64,000 nt of DNA from a virus (lineage: Duplodnaviria > Caudoviricetes): the IMG/VR virus record IMGVR_UViG_2693429820_000003; one strand, 5' to 3'. Every line of letters starts with the position of its first letter. The stretch's first letter is position 1. A model generated the notes under the pieces. The model had not been told where the DNA came from. It searched no databases and was given only the letters and a program-made list of their open reading frames with translations. Position numbers and translations under genes: made by a program. Positions 19,535-27,625 of the stretch are shown here, one piece after another.

Positions 19535-19855
19535 CTAGGGCGCGGCGGCTATCGCTTGGTCGAGCAGGTTCAGGACGTCGTCGTGCCTGGTCGAACCGTT
19601 GTCGTTGAAGGTAATGAAGCCCGTCCGCCCTGGTACCGCTGCATTCAACGCGCTATCAAGAGCATCGTACCGTCTGGTGTAGCGGGCATCCGTGATCTTA
19701 ATCATTGCACCATTCAGGCACCAACAGGTGGCGTTGTCGTCATCGGGGAGTGCCTGCCGACCGAGTGCGTCACGGGCATTGAAGTTTTTCGTCCATCTGT
19801 CAGGCGTATCGAGGAGCTGGCGGATAGCCTGAAGATCAGCCTTGAGCTGAGACAT
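19535..19855 (-). CDS. Family A paralogue 6
   Basis: PDRWTK..CWCLNGA..FNDNGSTRHDDVL. Confidence 0.82.
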   Translation of the reverse strand: MSQLKADLQAIRQLLDTPDRWTKNFNARDALGRQALPDDDNATCWCLNGAMIKITDARYTRRYDALDSALNAAVPGRTGFITFNDNGSTRHDDVLNLLDQAIAAAP

Positions 19856-20156
19856 GTGCGATGGTCCTGTCCAAGAGGTTGAGGACGTCGTGGTGATTTG
19901 TGTTGGGGTCGTCGTTGAAGTCAGCGATGCTCTTGTCATAGGTGGGGATATGAAACCGCACAGCGTTCTTCACATCGCGTTGTTCTTCAGGAGATGCAAC
20001 GGAGTTGATCGCGCCCAACATGCAGTAGCAGGCGGCATTGCTGCTTTCGGCAAACGTAGGGTTTCCGCTCTCATCTTTAGCAAGATACCCCTTCGTCCAC
20101 TTCGTCGGGTCCGCGAGGAGTGCGCGGACCTTGGTGAGGTTCTCGAGCAGGGTCAT
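19836..20156 (-). CDS. Family A paralogue 7
   Basis: PTKWTKG..CYCMLGA..FNDDPNTNHHDVL. Confidence 0.82.
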   Translation of the reverse strand: MTLLENLTKVRALLADPTKWTKGYLAKDESGNPTFAESSNAACYCMLGAINSVASPEEQRDVKNAVRFHIPTYDKSIADFNDDPNTNHHDVLNLLDRTIAHVSAQG

Positions 20157-20488
20157 TGGGCTGCCTCGATTGCTTTGTTGAGCAATGACATGACGTCATC
20201 GTGGGTGGTGTTCGGGTCGTCGTTGAAGCCGACATAACCCCCATGGTTCGTAGGCACCGACCGGGTCAGGATGACTCTGATTGCCGCGTAACGGCCCTCA
20301 TCATCATCATCTAACAGACCTACCTTGGCCGCAGCCCCATCCAGGCACCAGCACACTGCCGTGGGGTGATCCGAAGTGCAGATGTCGCCATCGCGATCCC
20401 TCGCAAAGGCATCCTGTGTCCACGCTGAGGGCGTGGACAGCAGGTCTCGCATGGCGATGAGGTCAGTTTTGAGTTGGGACTGGGACAT
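20153..20488 (-). CDS. Family A paralogue 8
   Basis: PSAWTQ..CWCLDGA..FNDDPNTTHDDVM. Confidence 0.82.
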   Translation of the reverse strand: MSQSQLKTDLIAMRDLLSTPSAWTQDAFARDRDGDICTSDHPTAVCWCLDGAAAKVGLLDDDDEGRYAAIRVILTRSVPTNHGGYVGFNDDPNTTHDDVMSLLNKAIEAAQ

Positions 20489-20849
20489 TGTCGAGCACCT
20501 GAGGGTTGAGGCCGTACTGGGCTGCGATGTTGCGCATTTCCTGGAGCCACGCGGTGAGCGGGCCACCTTTTGTTTCGGGCATATGGTTGTCGTGCGCGTC
20601 TTGGATCGCGGCGAGAAACTCCACGTGGTTGTTGAAACGGACCAGCTCGAAGGCCGGGATCGCGCTCCAAGCGCTGTGTCCTTCCATCTCCCTCACGTAC
20701 TCGTCGTCAGTTATGAGGATGCCGAGCGCACACTTGGTACCGTTGGGGCCGCGATATCGACAATCGTTGTTGTGATTGATTGACCGAACACCCTGAGCGA
20801 CGAGACCCGTGGCCACAGTGTCGAAGATTTCCTGCTTGGTGAGAGACAT
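20463..20849 (-). CDS. Cys-motif protein, family C copy 2
   Basis: CRYRGPNGTKCALGILITDD..IQDAHD; GGAGG RBS. Confidence 0.8.
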   Translation of the reverse strand: MSLTKQEIFDTVATGLVAQGVRSINHNNDCRYRGPNGTKCALGILITDDEYVREMEGHSAWSAIPAFELVRFNNHVEFLAAIQDAHDNHMPETKGGPLTAWLQEMRNIAAQYGLNPQVLDNVPVPTQN

Positions 20850-20907
20850 GCGTCCTCCTTCACGCTGTGGTTCAGCGTGTTGTAGTGGGCTTGGGTTGTG
20901 GGAATGG

Positions 20908-21108
20908 TTAGGGAAGGTGGCGCATCACCAGCCAGTAGAGACTGTTGTAGTCATCACCTGTTGGTGCTTGCTCCATGTTATTCAGGCGGGTGTCGTACAC
21001 CGCGACACGGGTCCGAATGTCTTGCATGGTTTGGTGCAGTTTAAGGTACTGACGCGCGATATAACCCGCGAGCAGTACCCCTGGGAGAAGGCCGAGAAGG
21101 AACCCCAT
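20908..21108 (-). CDS. Small membrane-anchored protein
   Basis: N-terminal hydrophobic helix. Confidence 0.6.
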   Translation of the reverse strand: MGFLLGLLPGVLLAGYIARQYLKLHQTMQDIRTRVAVYDTRLNNMEQAPTGDDYNSLYWLVMRHLP

Positions 21109-21410
21109 CAGGGTGTGGCCGCGATGGTGCGGTCGATCAGGTCAAGGACCATGGGGTGAGTGGTGTTGGGGTCGTCGTTGAAGACGGAAATCCTATGGTC
21201 ACCGAGTTGTGCTCTCAGTGCGAGAACGCATGCAGTGTATGCAGGCCCGTCGGGGTTTGTGCGGCCAATTGCACCATACAGGCACCAGGACTTCGCCAGG
21301 GTGGGATCATAGGTTTGATTACCATCGATATCCCGTGCACCTGCGTTCTGGGTCCAGTTCTCTGGAGGCGTCAGGAGAGTGCGGACAGCCTGAAGGTGAG
21401 CTTTGAGCAT
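21108..21410 (-). CDS. Family A paralogue 9
   Basis: PENWTQ..SWCLYGA..FNDDPNTTHPMVL. Confidence 0.82.
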   Translation of the reverse strand: MLKAHLQAVRTLLTPPENWTQNAGARDIDGNQTYDPTLAKSWCLYGAIGRTNPDGPAYTACVLALRAQLGDHRISVFNDDPNTTHPMVLDLIDRTIAATP

Positions 21411-21465
21411 GACGGTGCATTCCCTAGGTGAGAGGGTTGTGGTGGGTGTGAAATGTGGGAGTGAG

Positions 21466-21951
21466 TTAGTAGGCTTCGGTGGCCACGTACTGTCGCTGCT
21501 GCGCAGGTGGGAGACCCTTACGGTTCCTAGCCTGCTCACGAAGCTCACGTGCTAACCGTCGAGATTCAGGCTCTCTAGGGTGTTCACCTCTCATTACCTC
21601 AATGAAGTGCAGAGGGTTGATGCATAGCGAATTGGTGCACTCACCGTTGGTCTGCAGTGGGAGCAGACTCTCAACCGGTATGCCGTTGTGACGCGCGAAT
21701 AGCTCGCGTCTGGGGTTCACCCTCTTTCGGTTGAGGGTAGCAACAGGTCGAAGGCTCTCACGTTTGGCACGAGGGGCCCTGATCGGCTGGTCAGGTCTAC
21801 CACCGTTGTACGGGGTGTATTTGTAGACTTTGTCAGGGTTGGTTGTGGCACCAGTCCAGACCCAGCAGCGGGTTTTAGGTGGGTTGTTCGGGTACCCCGT
21901 AGGGGTTTTGATGTGCTTACGCCAGAGGTGCAGTTTGATCGCCATGGGCAT
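21466..21951 (-). CDS. HNH/His-Cys (zinc-binding loop) endonuclease-like protein, possibly degenerate
   Basis: CWVWTGA...C.NSLCINPLH; the usual catalytic His before the Cys appears replaced. Confidence 0.6.
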   Translation of the reverse strand: MPMAIKLHLWRKHIKTPTGYPNNPPKTRCWVWTGATTNPDKVYKYTPYNGGRPDQPIRAPRAKRESLRPVATLNRKRVNPRRELFARHNGIPVESLLPLQTNGECTNSLCINPLHFIEVMRGEHPREPESRRLARELREQARNRKGLPPAQQRQYVATEAY

Positions 21952-22232
21952 TATTTCACTAGTTGACTGAAACAATTACAAAAATTGAAAAACTCTTGTT
22001 CCACTCACTGTCCTGAAGGCTATTCAATTCTCTAACCTACTCCTATGGACTCCTTTTGGACTGGCGGACTCTTTGGGGAATGTAGTGGGATAACTGATTT
22101 AGAAATATCCTATTAATATCAATAAGATAAAATAATAATAAAGTAATAAACAGAATATATAAACAGTGGGGGCTTAAAAAGAAAAAAGAAAGTAATAGGG
22201 ATATAAGGGTTTTACTGCCCCGCAAAAAATCT

Positions 22233-22418
22233 CTACCTGCCGATGGCTTTCCGGGCGGTGCTGGCGATATCGGTTTCCAGCTGATGTAAAGTAAAATAGT
22301 GATCAAAGCTCAGAGCTGGCAGTTTCACGCGAGCTTCTCCGTTGCTCAGCGTGTAGGTGCCATCAGGGTGGCGAGTGAGCACAATGACGCGATCCTGGTA
22401 GATCACCTTGTCGTCCAT
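22233..22418 (-). CDS. Small early protein
   Basis: GGAGG RBS before MDDKVIYQDR. Confidence 0.6.
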   Translation of the reverse strand: MDDKVIYQDRVIVLTRHPDGTYTLSNGEARVKLPALSFDHYFTLHQLETDIASTARKAIGR

Positions 22419-22430
22419 GAAAGCCTCCGT

Positions 22431-22446
22431 TTTCCCGTTCGGGAAA
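22431..22446. repeat. Palindromic motif copy 1 (TTTCCCGTTCGGGAAA)
   Basis: Same core at 23033-23047 and 24006-24021. Confidence 0.85.
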
Positions 22447-22673
22447 CTGAAATCCGCGCAAGCGGAAACGTCCAGGCTGGAGATCCAACCCGGAGTAAAG
22501 CCCGCGCGCGAGATTTGAAAAGATGTTGATATTATCAACACCGATTTTGTTTGCTGCGCCCGCCAAGCGGGAGACAATTCTCTCCCGAACCTCGCCCCGA
22601 CCCCGGCCCACAAAAACGAACAACTGTTACGCATCCGAAATGATATTCACCGCCGGCCACGGTCACGGCCCCG

Positions 22674-23015
22674 TCAGCGACGTCCGCACACATGGCCCCG
22701 AGCTGGCACCCAAGCCCGCGTCTTAGGCGGAATGCGGACCGTGCGCGCGCGCTGGCTGTGAGACGCTTCCCCAAGCCCTTGCGTGGTGAATACGTTTCGG
22801 CCGCCATGCTCGTCCAGGAGGTGAGCTTGCGCCTGCGCCAGGTCCGCGTCGGCCAAATCGGCTTCCCGCGCGATCTCTTGAGCCCGTCCCAGGATCGCAG
22901 CCCGCCGCGATACCTCGCGGTGACTCAGAATGGGCCGCTGAGCCGGCTCCGCCCAGTCCGCGCTACCTGTGGGGCGCAAAACCCGTTTGCCCGTCAGTGA
23001 GTCAATGTGAGTCAT
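22674..23015 (-). CDS. Arg/Ala-rich early protein
   Basis: 113-aa ORF directly downstream of motif copy 2. Confidence 0.55.
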   Translation of the reverse strand: MTHIDSLTGKRVLRPTGSADWAEPAQRPILSHREVSRRAAILGRAQEIAREADLADADLAQAQAHLLDEHGGRNVFTTQGLGEASHSQRARTVRIPPKTRAWVPARGHVCGRR

Positions 23016-23032
23016 TGTGAGGCCCCCCGTGT

Positions 23033-23047
23033 TTTCCCGTTCGGGAA
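23033..23047. repeat. Palindromic motif copy 2
   Basis: TTTCCCGTTCGGGAA. Confidence 0.85.
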
Positions 23048-23048
23048 T

Positions 23049-23165
23049 TCAAAATCGGCGCATGCGTCGCCAGTTCAGATACGACTGAACCAAGAACGCT
23101 ATGGCCAAGCCCACAATCGCGGTTAGGGCGGGCGTATAAATCGTAATCAACGCATCGCTATCCAC
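23049..23165 (-). CDS. 38-aa single-pass membrane peptide (not in ORF track)
   Basis: GGAGG-N4-GTG; MDSDALITIYTPALTAIVGLAIAFLVQSYLNWRRMRRF. Confidence 0.6.
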   Translation of the reverse strand: MDSDALITIYTPALTAIVGLAIAFLVQSYLNWRRMRRF

Positions 23166-23222
23166 GTGCGCCTCCGTTGGTGTCGGTCCCGCCTCGCACA
23201 GGCGGGACCGTCCGGGGGAAGG

Positions 23223-23990
23223 TTAGGCCGCTTGGGCCTGTTCAGTTGAGGACAGGGCGAAGAGGCGCGCATTGGCTGCCTTGATGACGTTGGTAACGTC
23301 GTCGACGTCCATTTCACCAATGAAGCTGATCAGATCAGCAACCGTAATGCGCAGTGTCATCTGTTCAGCGTCGGGATTGTCGCTAATGACGTTCTCCGCC
23401 ATGGGAATGCCCGCCGCCTGCGCCGTGGCGGCGGCCTGCGCTGGCGTTGCGGTGGCTGCATCGCGCAGTTCCTGCAATTGTTGTTCAAGCTTGGCCAGCT
23501 TGTCGGCTGCCACCTGTTCAGCGGCGGCCTTGGCCTTGGCGGCCCTGTCATCCGTGCGCAGTTCCTCGCGCATTTCCTGAGTAAGCGCCACGCCAACCTT
23601 GGCGAAGCGATTGGCATCGGCCAACCCCTCGACATTCATGTCAGCCAGAAAGCCCGTGATCGCTGTTTCCTTAGCGTCCTCGCTGTTGGCTTGCTGGAAT
23701 TCCTTGACGCGCACATGCTCGAAATATTTCTCCCGCATCGTGGCCAGCACGCGGGTTGCGCAATCGACGCGATTGTAAGCCGTCGTCTTGGCCATTTCCG
23801 CATTCAAGAGCGCCGCAACAATGCGGCTCTTGGCGTCCTTCACTACATTGGCGTGCACCTTGACGTGGCCAATATGGAAGTTTGTCTTGACGGCCAGGCA
23901 CGTGACGATGGCCGCCAGATTGGCATGCTCTGCGCTGTTAACTTCGATGGCCGTTTCAGAAACCCGATTGATGTAATGTTGAATGCTCAT
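23223..23990 (-). CDS. Ala-rich helical early protein, first gene of leftward unit
   Basis: 255 aa, TAGGAG RBS, coiled-coil segment. Confidence 0.75.
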   Translation of the reverse strand: MSIQHYINRVSETAIEVNSAEHANLAAIVTCLAVKTNFHIGHVKVHANVVKDAKSRIVAALLNAEMAKTTAYNRVDCATRVLATMREKYFEHVRVKEFQQANSEDAKETAITGFLADMNVEGLADANRFAKVGVALTQEMREELRTDDRAAKAKAAAEQVAADKLAKLEQQLQELRDAATATPAQAAATAQAAGIPMAENVISDNPDAEQMTLRITVADLISFIGEMDVDDVTNVIKAANARLFALSSTEQAQAA

Positions 23991-24005
23991 TTTCGTTTAC
24001 TCCTA

Positions 24006-24021
24006 TTTCCCGTTCGGGAAA
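24006..24021. repeat. Palindromic motif copy 3
   Basis: TTTCCCGTTCGGGAAA abutting the RBS. Confidence 0.85.
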
Positions 24022-24311
24022 GTGAAGATTAGACATAGTAATGGCGTTCACTCGTTAGAGTGTCTTGAAGTACTGGAGGGGGAAGGCCCCTGTTCACGAA
24101 CTGAATATGACAGTGAGGATGGGGAGTTGGAAGGAGAACGTCAGATTGGATAAGTATATGATTTTATTGTATTATTTTTACATATAGTGGGGAACCGTCG
24201 CGCATTTATTCTCGCCAAATTTTTCGATTTTTGGATGCTAGTACTAGCAACTTCCGCCAACAATACTTGGCAGAAGGGAGTCCAAGGACTCCCTCCGAAT
24301 GAGCCAGGTGC

Positions 24312-24337
24312 AAAAGAAAAGGGGCCCGAAGGCCCCT
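24312..24337 (-). terminator. Intrinsic terminator after primase-helicase
   Basis: AGGGGCC-TTCG-GGCCCCT followed by TTTCTTTT on the minus strand. Confidence 0.8.
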
Positions 24338-24401
24338 CAATTCCCGTTCAGCGCTAGTTCCCGCTCCATTTCGTAAAGCGCGCGGTCCCACCAATCCGCG
24401 T

Positions 24402-26921
24402 CTACTTCGACGGCTTCGTCGGCTTCGTCGGATCGACAATCGTGAGGAACCTGTACGCTGAGTCCCCCGACCCGGCTCTGGAAGTCTTGCCCAGACCGTC
24501 CAACACTTCCTTGAAGCCGAACTCCTTCTGCAACTGGCGCATACGATCGATAAAGGTCTCGTATGCCGCAGGCTGCACATTCGCCTCGCTGACGCAGAAC
24601 AAGCGGTAGGCGAGATAAACCTGCCGGGCGGGTGTGGTAGCCTCGCTCGATGCCCCGTTCTCGCCAACCCCCAGCTTCAGGTGTCCCCGATGATGAGAGT
24701 TGGCGAGGAAAAAACGGACAGGGTTCGTCCGATTTTCAACGCGTTTACATAGCTCCAAGCTGCTGGCGGGCACGCAATACTCCGCGCGATCCTTCAATGT
24801 GATCAGCCCCTGCACTGCCCATGCCGCGATGGCCTCCCGTTCCTGCTCCAAGATCAGCTGATCGATGTTGACGATGCGATCTTTCGTCTCGATGGAGTTG
24901 GAGAACTCCAAGAACAACCAGCGACGGGTGAAGCCTGCCGATGAGTCATCGGTACGAGGCAGAACGTTGGAGGCGAACCAGTGAGCAGCGATCGGATTGA
25001 ACTTGTAGAGGGGTTGGTACTTACGTTGAGCCTGAATAGTGGAACCTTCCACCACCAGCTTGAAGATATCACCCGAGATGAGGTCCCGCTCCGATAGCTC
25101 ACCTGCAACATTGAGCACCTTGTCGGTCAGCTCCGCGACCGAGAACTGGTTGTTCCAGAACTTCGGAGCCACCGCTGCTGCACAACCATCAGGCATCAGG
25201 CCCTGCATAATGCGTAGAATACGTGATTTACCCGTATCAGCTGGGCCATAGAGACAGAACACGCGGAAGTACTGTGGCGCCACACCAAACAGGGTGGCTG
25301 CAAAAGCCTCCTGCAGAGCCTCAACCTTGTCGGCAAAGTCAGGATCGGTGCCCCAATAACGCACCAGAAGCTCCGAAAACATCGTCGCTTTGCCCGCCAA
25401 CTCCGGCTGGTAGGGGTAGGGAAGCACATAAGTGCAGCCAAAGTCCTTGTTATGGGGCTGTAACGTCAGATCTTCGGTCAGATAGCCATTGACGAAGTTT
25501 ATGCCCCGGATATCGCGTTGTTTGAGGTCAGCACGCGTCAACGTCGCCATAACCTTCACGACAGCGCGATAGTCGTTGTCCTTCTTGCATGCCGGGAAGT
25601 TGCCATACTCCGTGGCCACGATCTTCTGCAGGTCAGCGGCCTCCATTGGCACCCAATGCGCGCCTTGCCATTGGTAAAACATCTCATTGGAGAAGCGTAG
25701 CTCCCCTGTCCGCTCGACATTGTCGATGACAGCACGCGCGATCTCGGTCTGATCGTTGCCCGCAATGTCGCCCTTCTGAAATTCGCGAATTTGCCGAAGG
25801 ATGCTTGCGGCGGTGAGGTTGTTCGCCGTCGCACCCTGGAGCACTTTCACAATATGCTGCTGCTCGAGCGGTGTGATGCCTGGATTACCGGCCACGCGCG
25901 CGCACATAATCCCAACCAACTCGGTCATCTTCGGGTTGGTGTGGTCGAGACCGTCTGACTGGATCTTCGCATGGAAGTCGTCGATGATCTCCTGATACGA
26001 GAAACGCCGGTTTTCACTGGTGATGTCGTCGAGGCCCAGCTCTTTCAGCTGGTCTACGGTCATACCCTCATCCCAACCAGCTGGAAGCGTCAGCTTTTTC
26101 GGGCCAAAAAGGTCCTTCCGCAGCCATTCGACGATCTTTTCCGTCATCTTTGCAGGCGGGAGTTCGTCTCCCGGAACCTTTTCGACACGGTCCTGCACCC
26201 ACTGAAAACCGACGTCCAGACCCTCTTTCAGGGTGATATTGCCCTTGATGATGTCGGAAACGATGCCACCGGCGAAGCGGACGAGCGCATTATCGCGCCC
26301 ACCAGCCGGAACCCAGTTCACAAAGCCGACGCGCGCAGCACCTGAAGCCACCTCGTAGCCGTTCTGACGCAGCGCATCGCGGGCCAGCTCGCCAAACGAC
26401 GTCGGCAAGGTGCCAATCTGGCCTAGCACGTCCAGCAGATCGCAGTTGGCGGTGTAGGGCGCCATCAATCCCGGATGGATCGAGGGCGGCAACAACACCT
26501 GAGCACCCGTCGACAGGAAGTCGAGGACGTTGGTGCCGTCCGCGAGCTTCACGTGGAAGGTGTTCTGGCCCTGATACTTGAACAGCTTGACGTAGCCCTT
26601 GCGCCCACGACGCAGCCACGGCGATTTCGGTGTGATGCTGTCGATAGCATTCAGTATGCCCGGTTCGTCACTATCGACGTCGAGCGCAACAAGGCCAGAA
26701 GCCTGCCCCAGAACCAGGCCCATGTTGTGGTCCGGAAACATCTGCAGCCAACCGGCTTGCTCGGCATCCCCAACGGGCACGGCCGAGTAACGCTGCCAGG
26801 TAGAAATCGCAGGACGCTTGCCGGCCGCCTTGTCGGCCCCGGACGGGTCGGGTCGTGTGATCGGGATAACCGATAGTCCAGCAGCCCAATAGCCTGGCGC
26901 GTTCTCACTAAAAATACCCAT
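24402..26921 (-). CDS. Bifunctional primase-polymerase / SF3 (D5/P4-type) helicase
   Basis: Prim-Pol motifs GKRP, NMGL, ALDVD, LPPSIHP; Walker A GPADTGKS; FASN..P. Confidence 0.92.
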   Translation of the reverse strand: MGIFSENAPGYWAAGLSVIPITRPDPSGADKAAGKRPAISTWQRYSAVPVGDAEQAGWLQMFPDHNMGLVLGQASGLVALDVDSDEPGILNAIDSITPKSPWLRRGRKGYVKLFKYQGQNTFHVKLADGTNVLDFLSTGAQVLLPPSIHPGLMAPYTANCDLLDVLGQIGTLPTSFGELARDALRQNGYEVASGAARVGFVNWVPAGGRDNALVRFAGGIVSDIIKGNITLKEGLDVGFQWVQDRVEKVPGDELPPAKMTEKIVEWLRKDLFGPKKLTLPAGWDEGMTVDQLKELGLDDITSENRRFSYQEIIDDFHAKIQSDGLDHTNPKMTELVGIMCARVAGNPGITPLEQQHIVKVLQGATANNLTAASILRQIREFQKGDIAGNDQTEIARAVIDNVERTGELRFSNEMFYQWQGAHWVPMEAADLQKIVATEYGNFPACKKDNDYRAVVKVMATLTRADLKQRDIRGINFVNGYLTEDLTLQPHNKDFGCTYVLPYPYQPELAGKATMFSELLVRYWGTDPDFADKVEALQEAFAATLFGVAPQYFRVFCLYGPADTGKSRILRIMQGLMPDGCAAAVAPKFWNNQFSVAELTDKVLNVAGELSERDLISGDIFKLVVEGSTIQAQRKYQPLYKFNPIAAHWFASNVLPRTDDSSAGFTRRWLFLEFSNSIETKDRIVNIDQLILEQEREAIAAWAVQGLITLKDRAEYCVPASSLELCKRVENRTNPVRFFLANSHHRGHLKLGVGENGASSEATTPARQVYLAYRLFCVSEANVQPAAYETFIDRMRQLQKEFGFKEVLDGLGKTSRAGSGDSAYRFLTIVDPTKPTKPSK

Positions 26922-26927
26922 AACCCC

Positions 26928-27527
26928 TTAAGCCTCCAATTTCGATTCAGCGCCCGCGCCCAGCTTCAAATCAGCGACCGACTGCAGGTTCCGCAACCGA
27001 TTGCGAAACTGCGTGCGGCCATTGACGTCGAGCATGTCGTCCATGACGCCGAAAACGATTTGCTGAAATTCCACGGTCTCTCGAAGCGTGTAGACGCGCT
27101 CCTTCAGGCTCACCCACTTCTCCAGAAGCGAGGTCTTGGCCTTTACGAGCTGAATACGGTCGCTGGGGTCAGTGTCCGTAGACATCGACACATCCAACTC
27201 GATCTTCTTCATCATCTCGATGGTGGCTTCCACCTCTTCGAGGACGACTTCGAACTTGTCCTTCGCGCCCTCAAACACCGGAACACGGTCGCCACCCGAA
27301 ACGGGCCCCTCACTGAGGAAACGGTTGAGGTAGACCCTCAACTCACGGGGGTAAGGGCAACTTGTCTGGCCCAGGTACTCATCTACGGACATACCGCTTT
27401 CACTATGAGCCAGCTTCAATGCTCTCAATCGTATGTCTAGGTCCTTGGGCAACAGAGGATAGGTCACTCGCAATCCCTTAAAAGTGAGGTGGACGACGGA
27501 GATCGTGGCCATACCAGCGATCAGCAA
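26928..27527 (-). CDS. Helical hypothetical protein, candidate terminase small subunit
   Basis: Adjacent and divergent to TerL, coiled-coil; function inferred from position only. Confidence 0.5.
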   Translation of the reverse strand: MLIAGMATISVVHLTFKGLRVTYPLLPKDLDIRLRALKLAHSESGMSVDEYLGQTSCPYPRELRVYLNRFLSEGPVSGGDRVPVFEGAKDKFEVVLEEVEATIEMMKKIELDVSMSTDTDPSDRIQLVKAKTSLLEKWVSLKERVYTLRETVEFQQIVFGVMDDMLDVNGRTQFRNRLRNLQSVADLKLGAGAESKLEA

Positions 27528-27625
27528 GGGGAAGTCGCGCGACTCCCTTCTTAAAAACCCGCGTGCTGCAGGGCTTTCTAGCGGCTCTTTTGCAGCTGGG
27601 GTGTCGTCCCCATATTTGCAAACGC

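Noticed and set aside
17425-21410. CRISPR array or integron cassette array
   Set aside because: The repeats are coding parts of paralogous genes, with no regular repeat-spacer period, attC-like sites or cas/intI genes
22043-22306. 87-aa hydrophobic ORF
   Set aside because: Hydrophobicity is an artefact of translating the T-rich strand of the AT-rich tract
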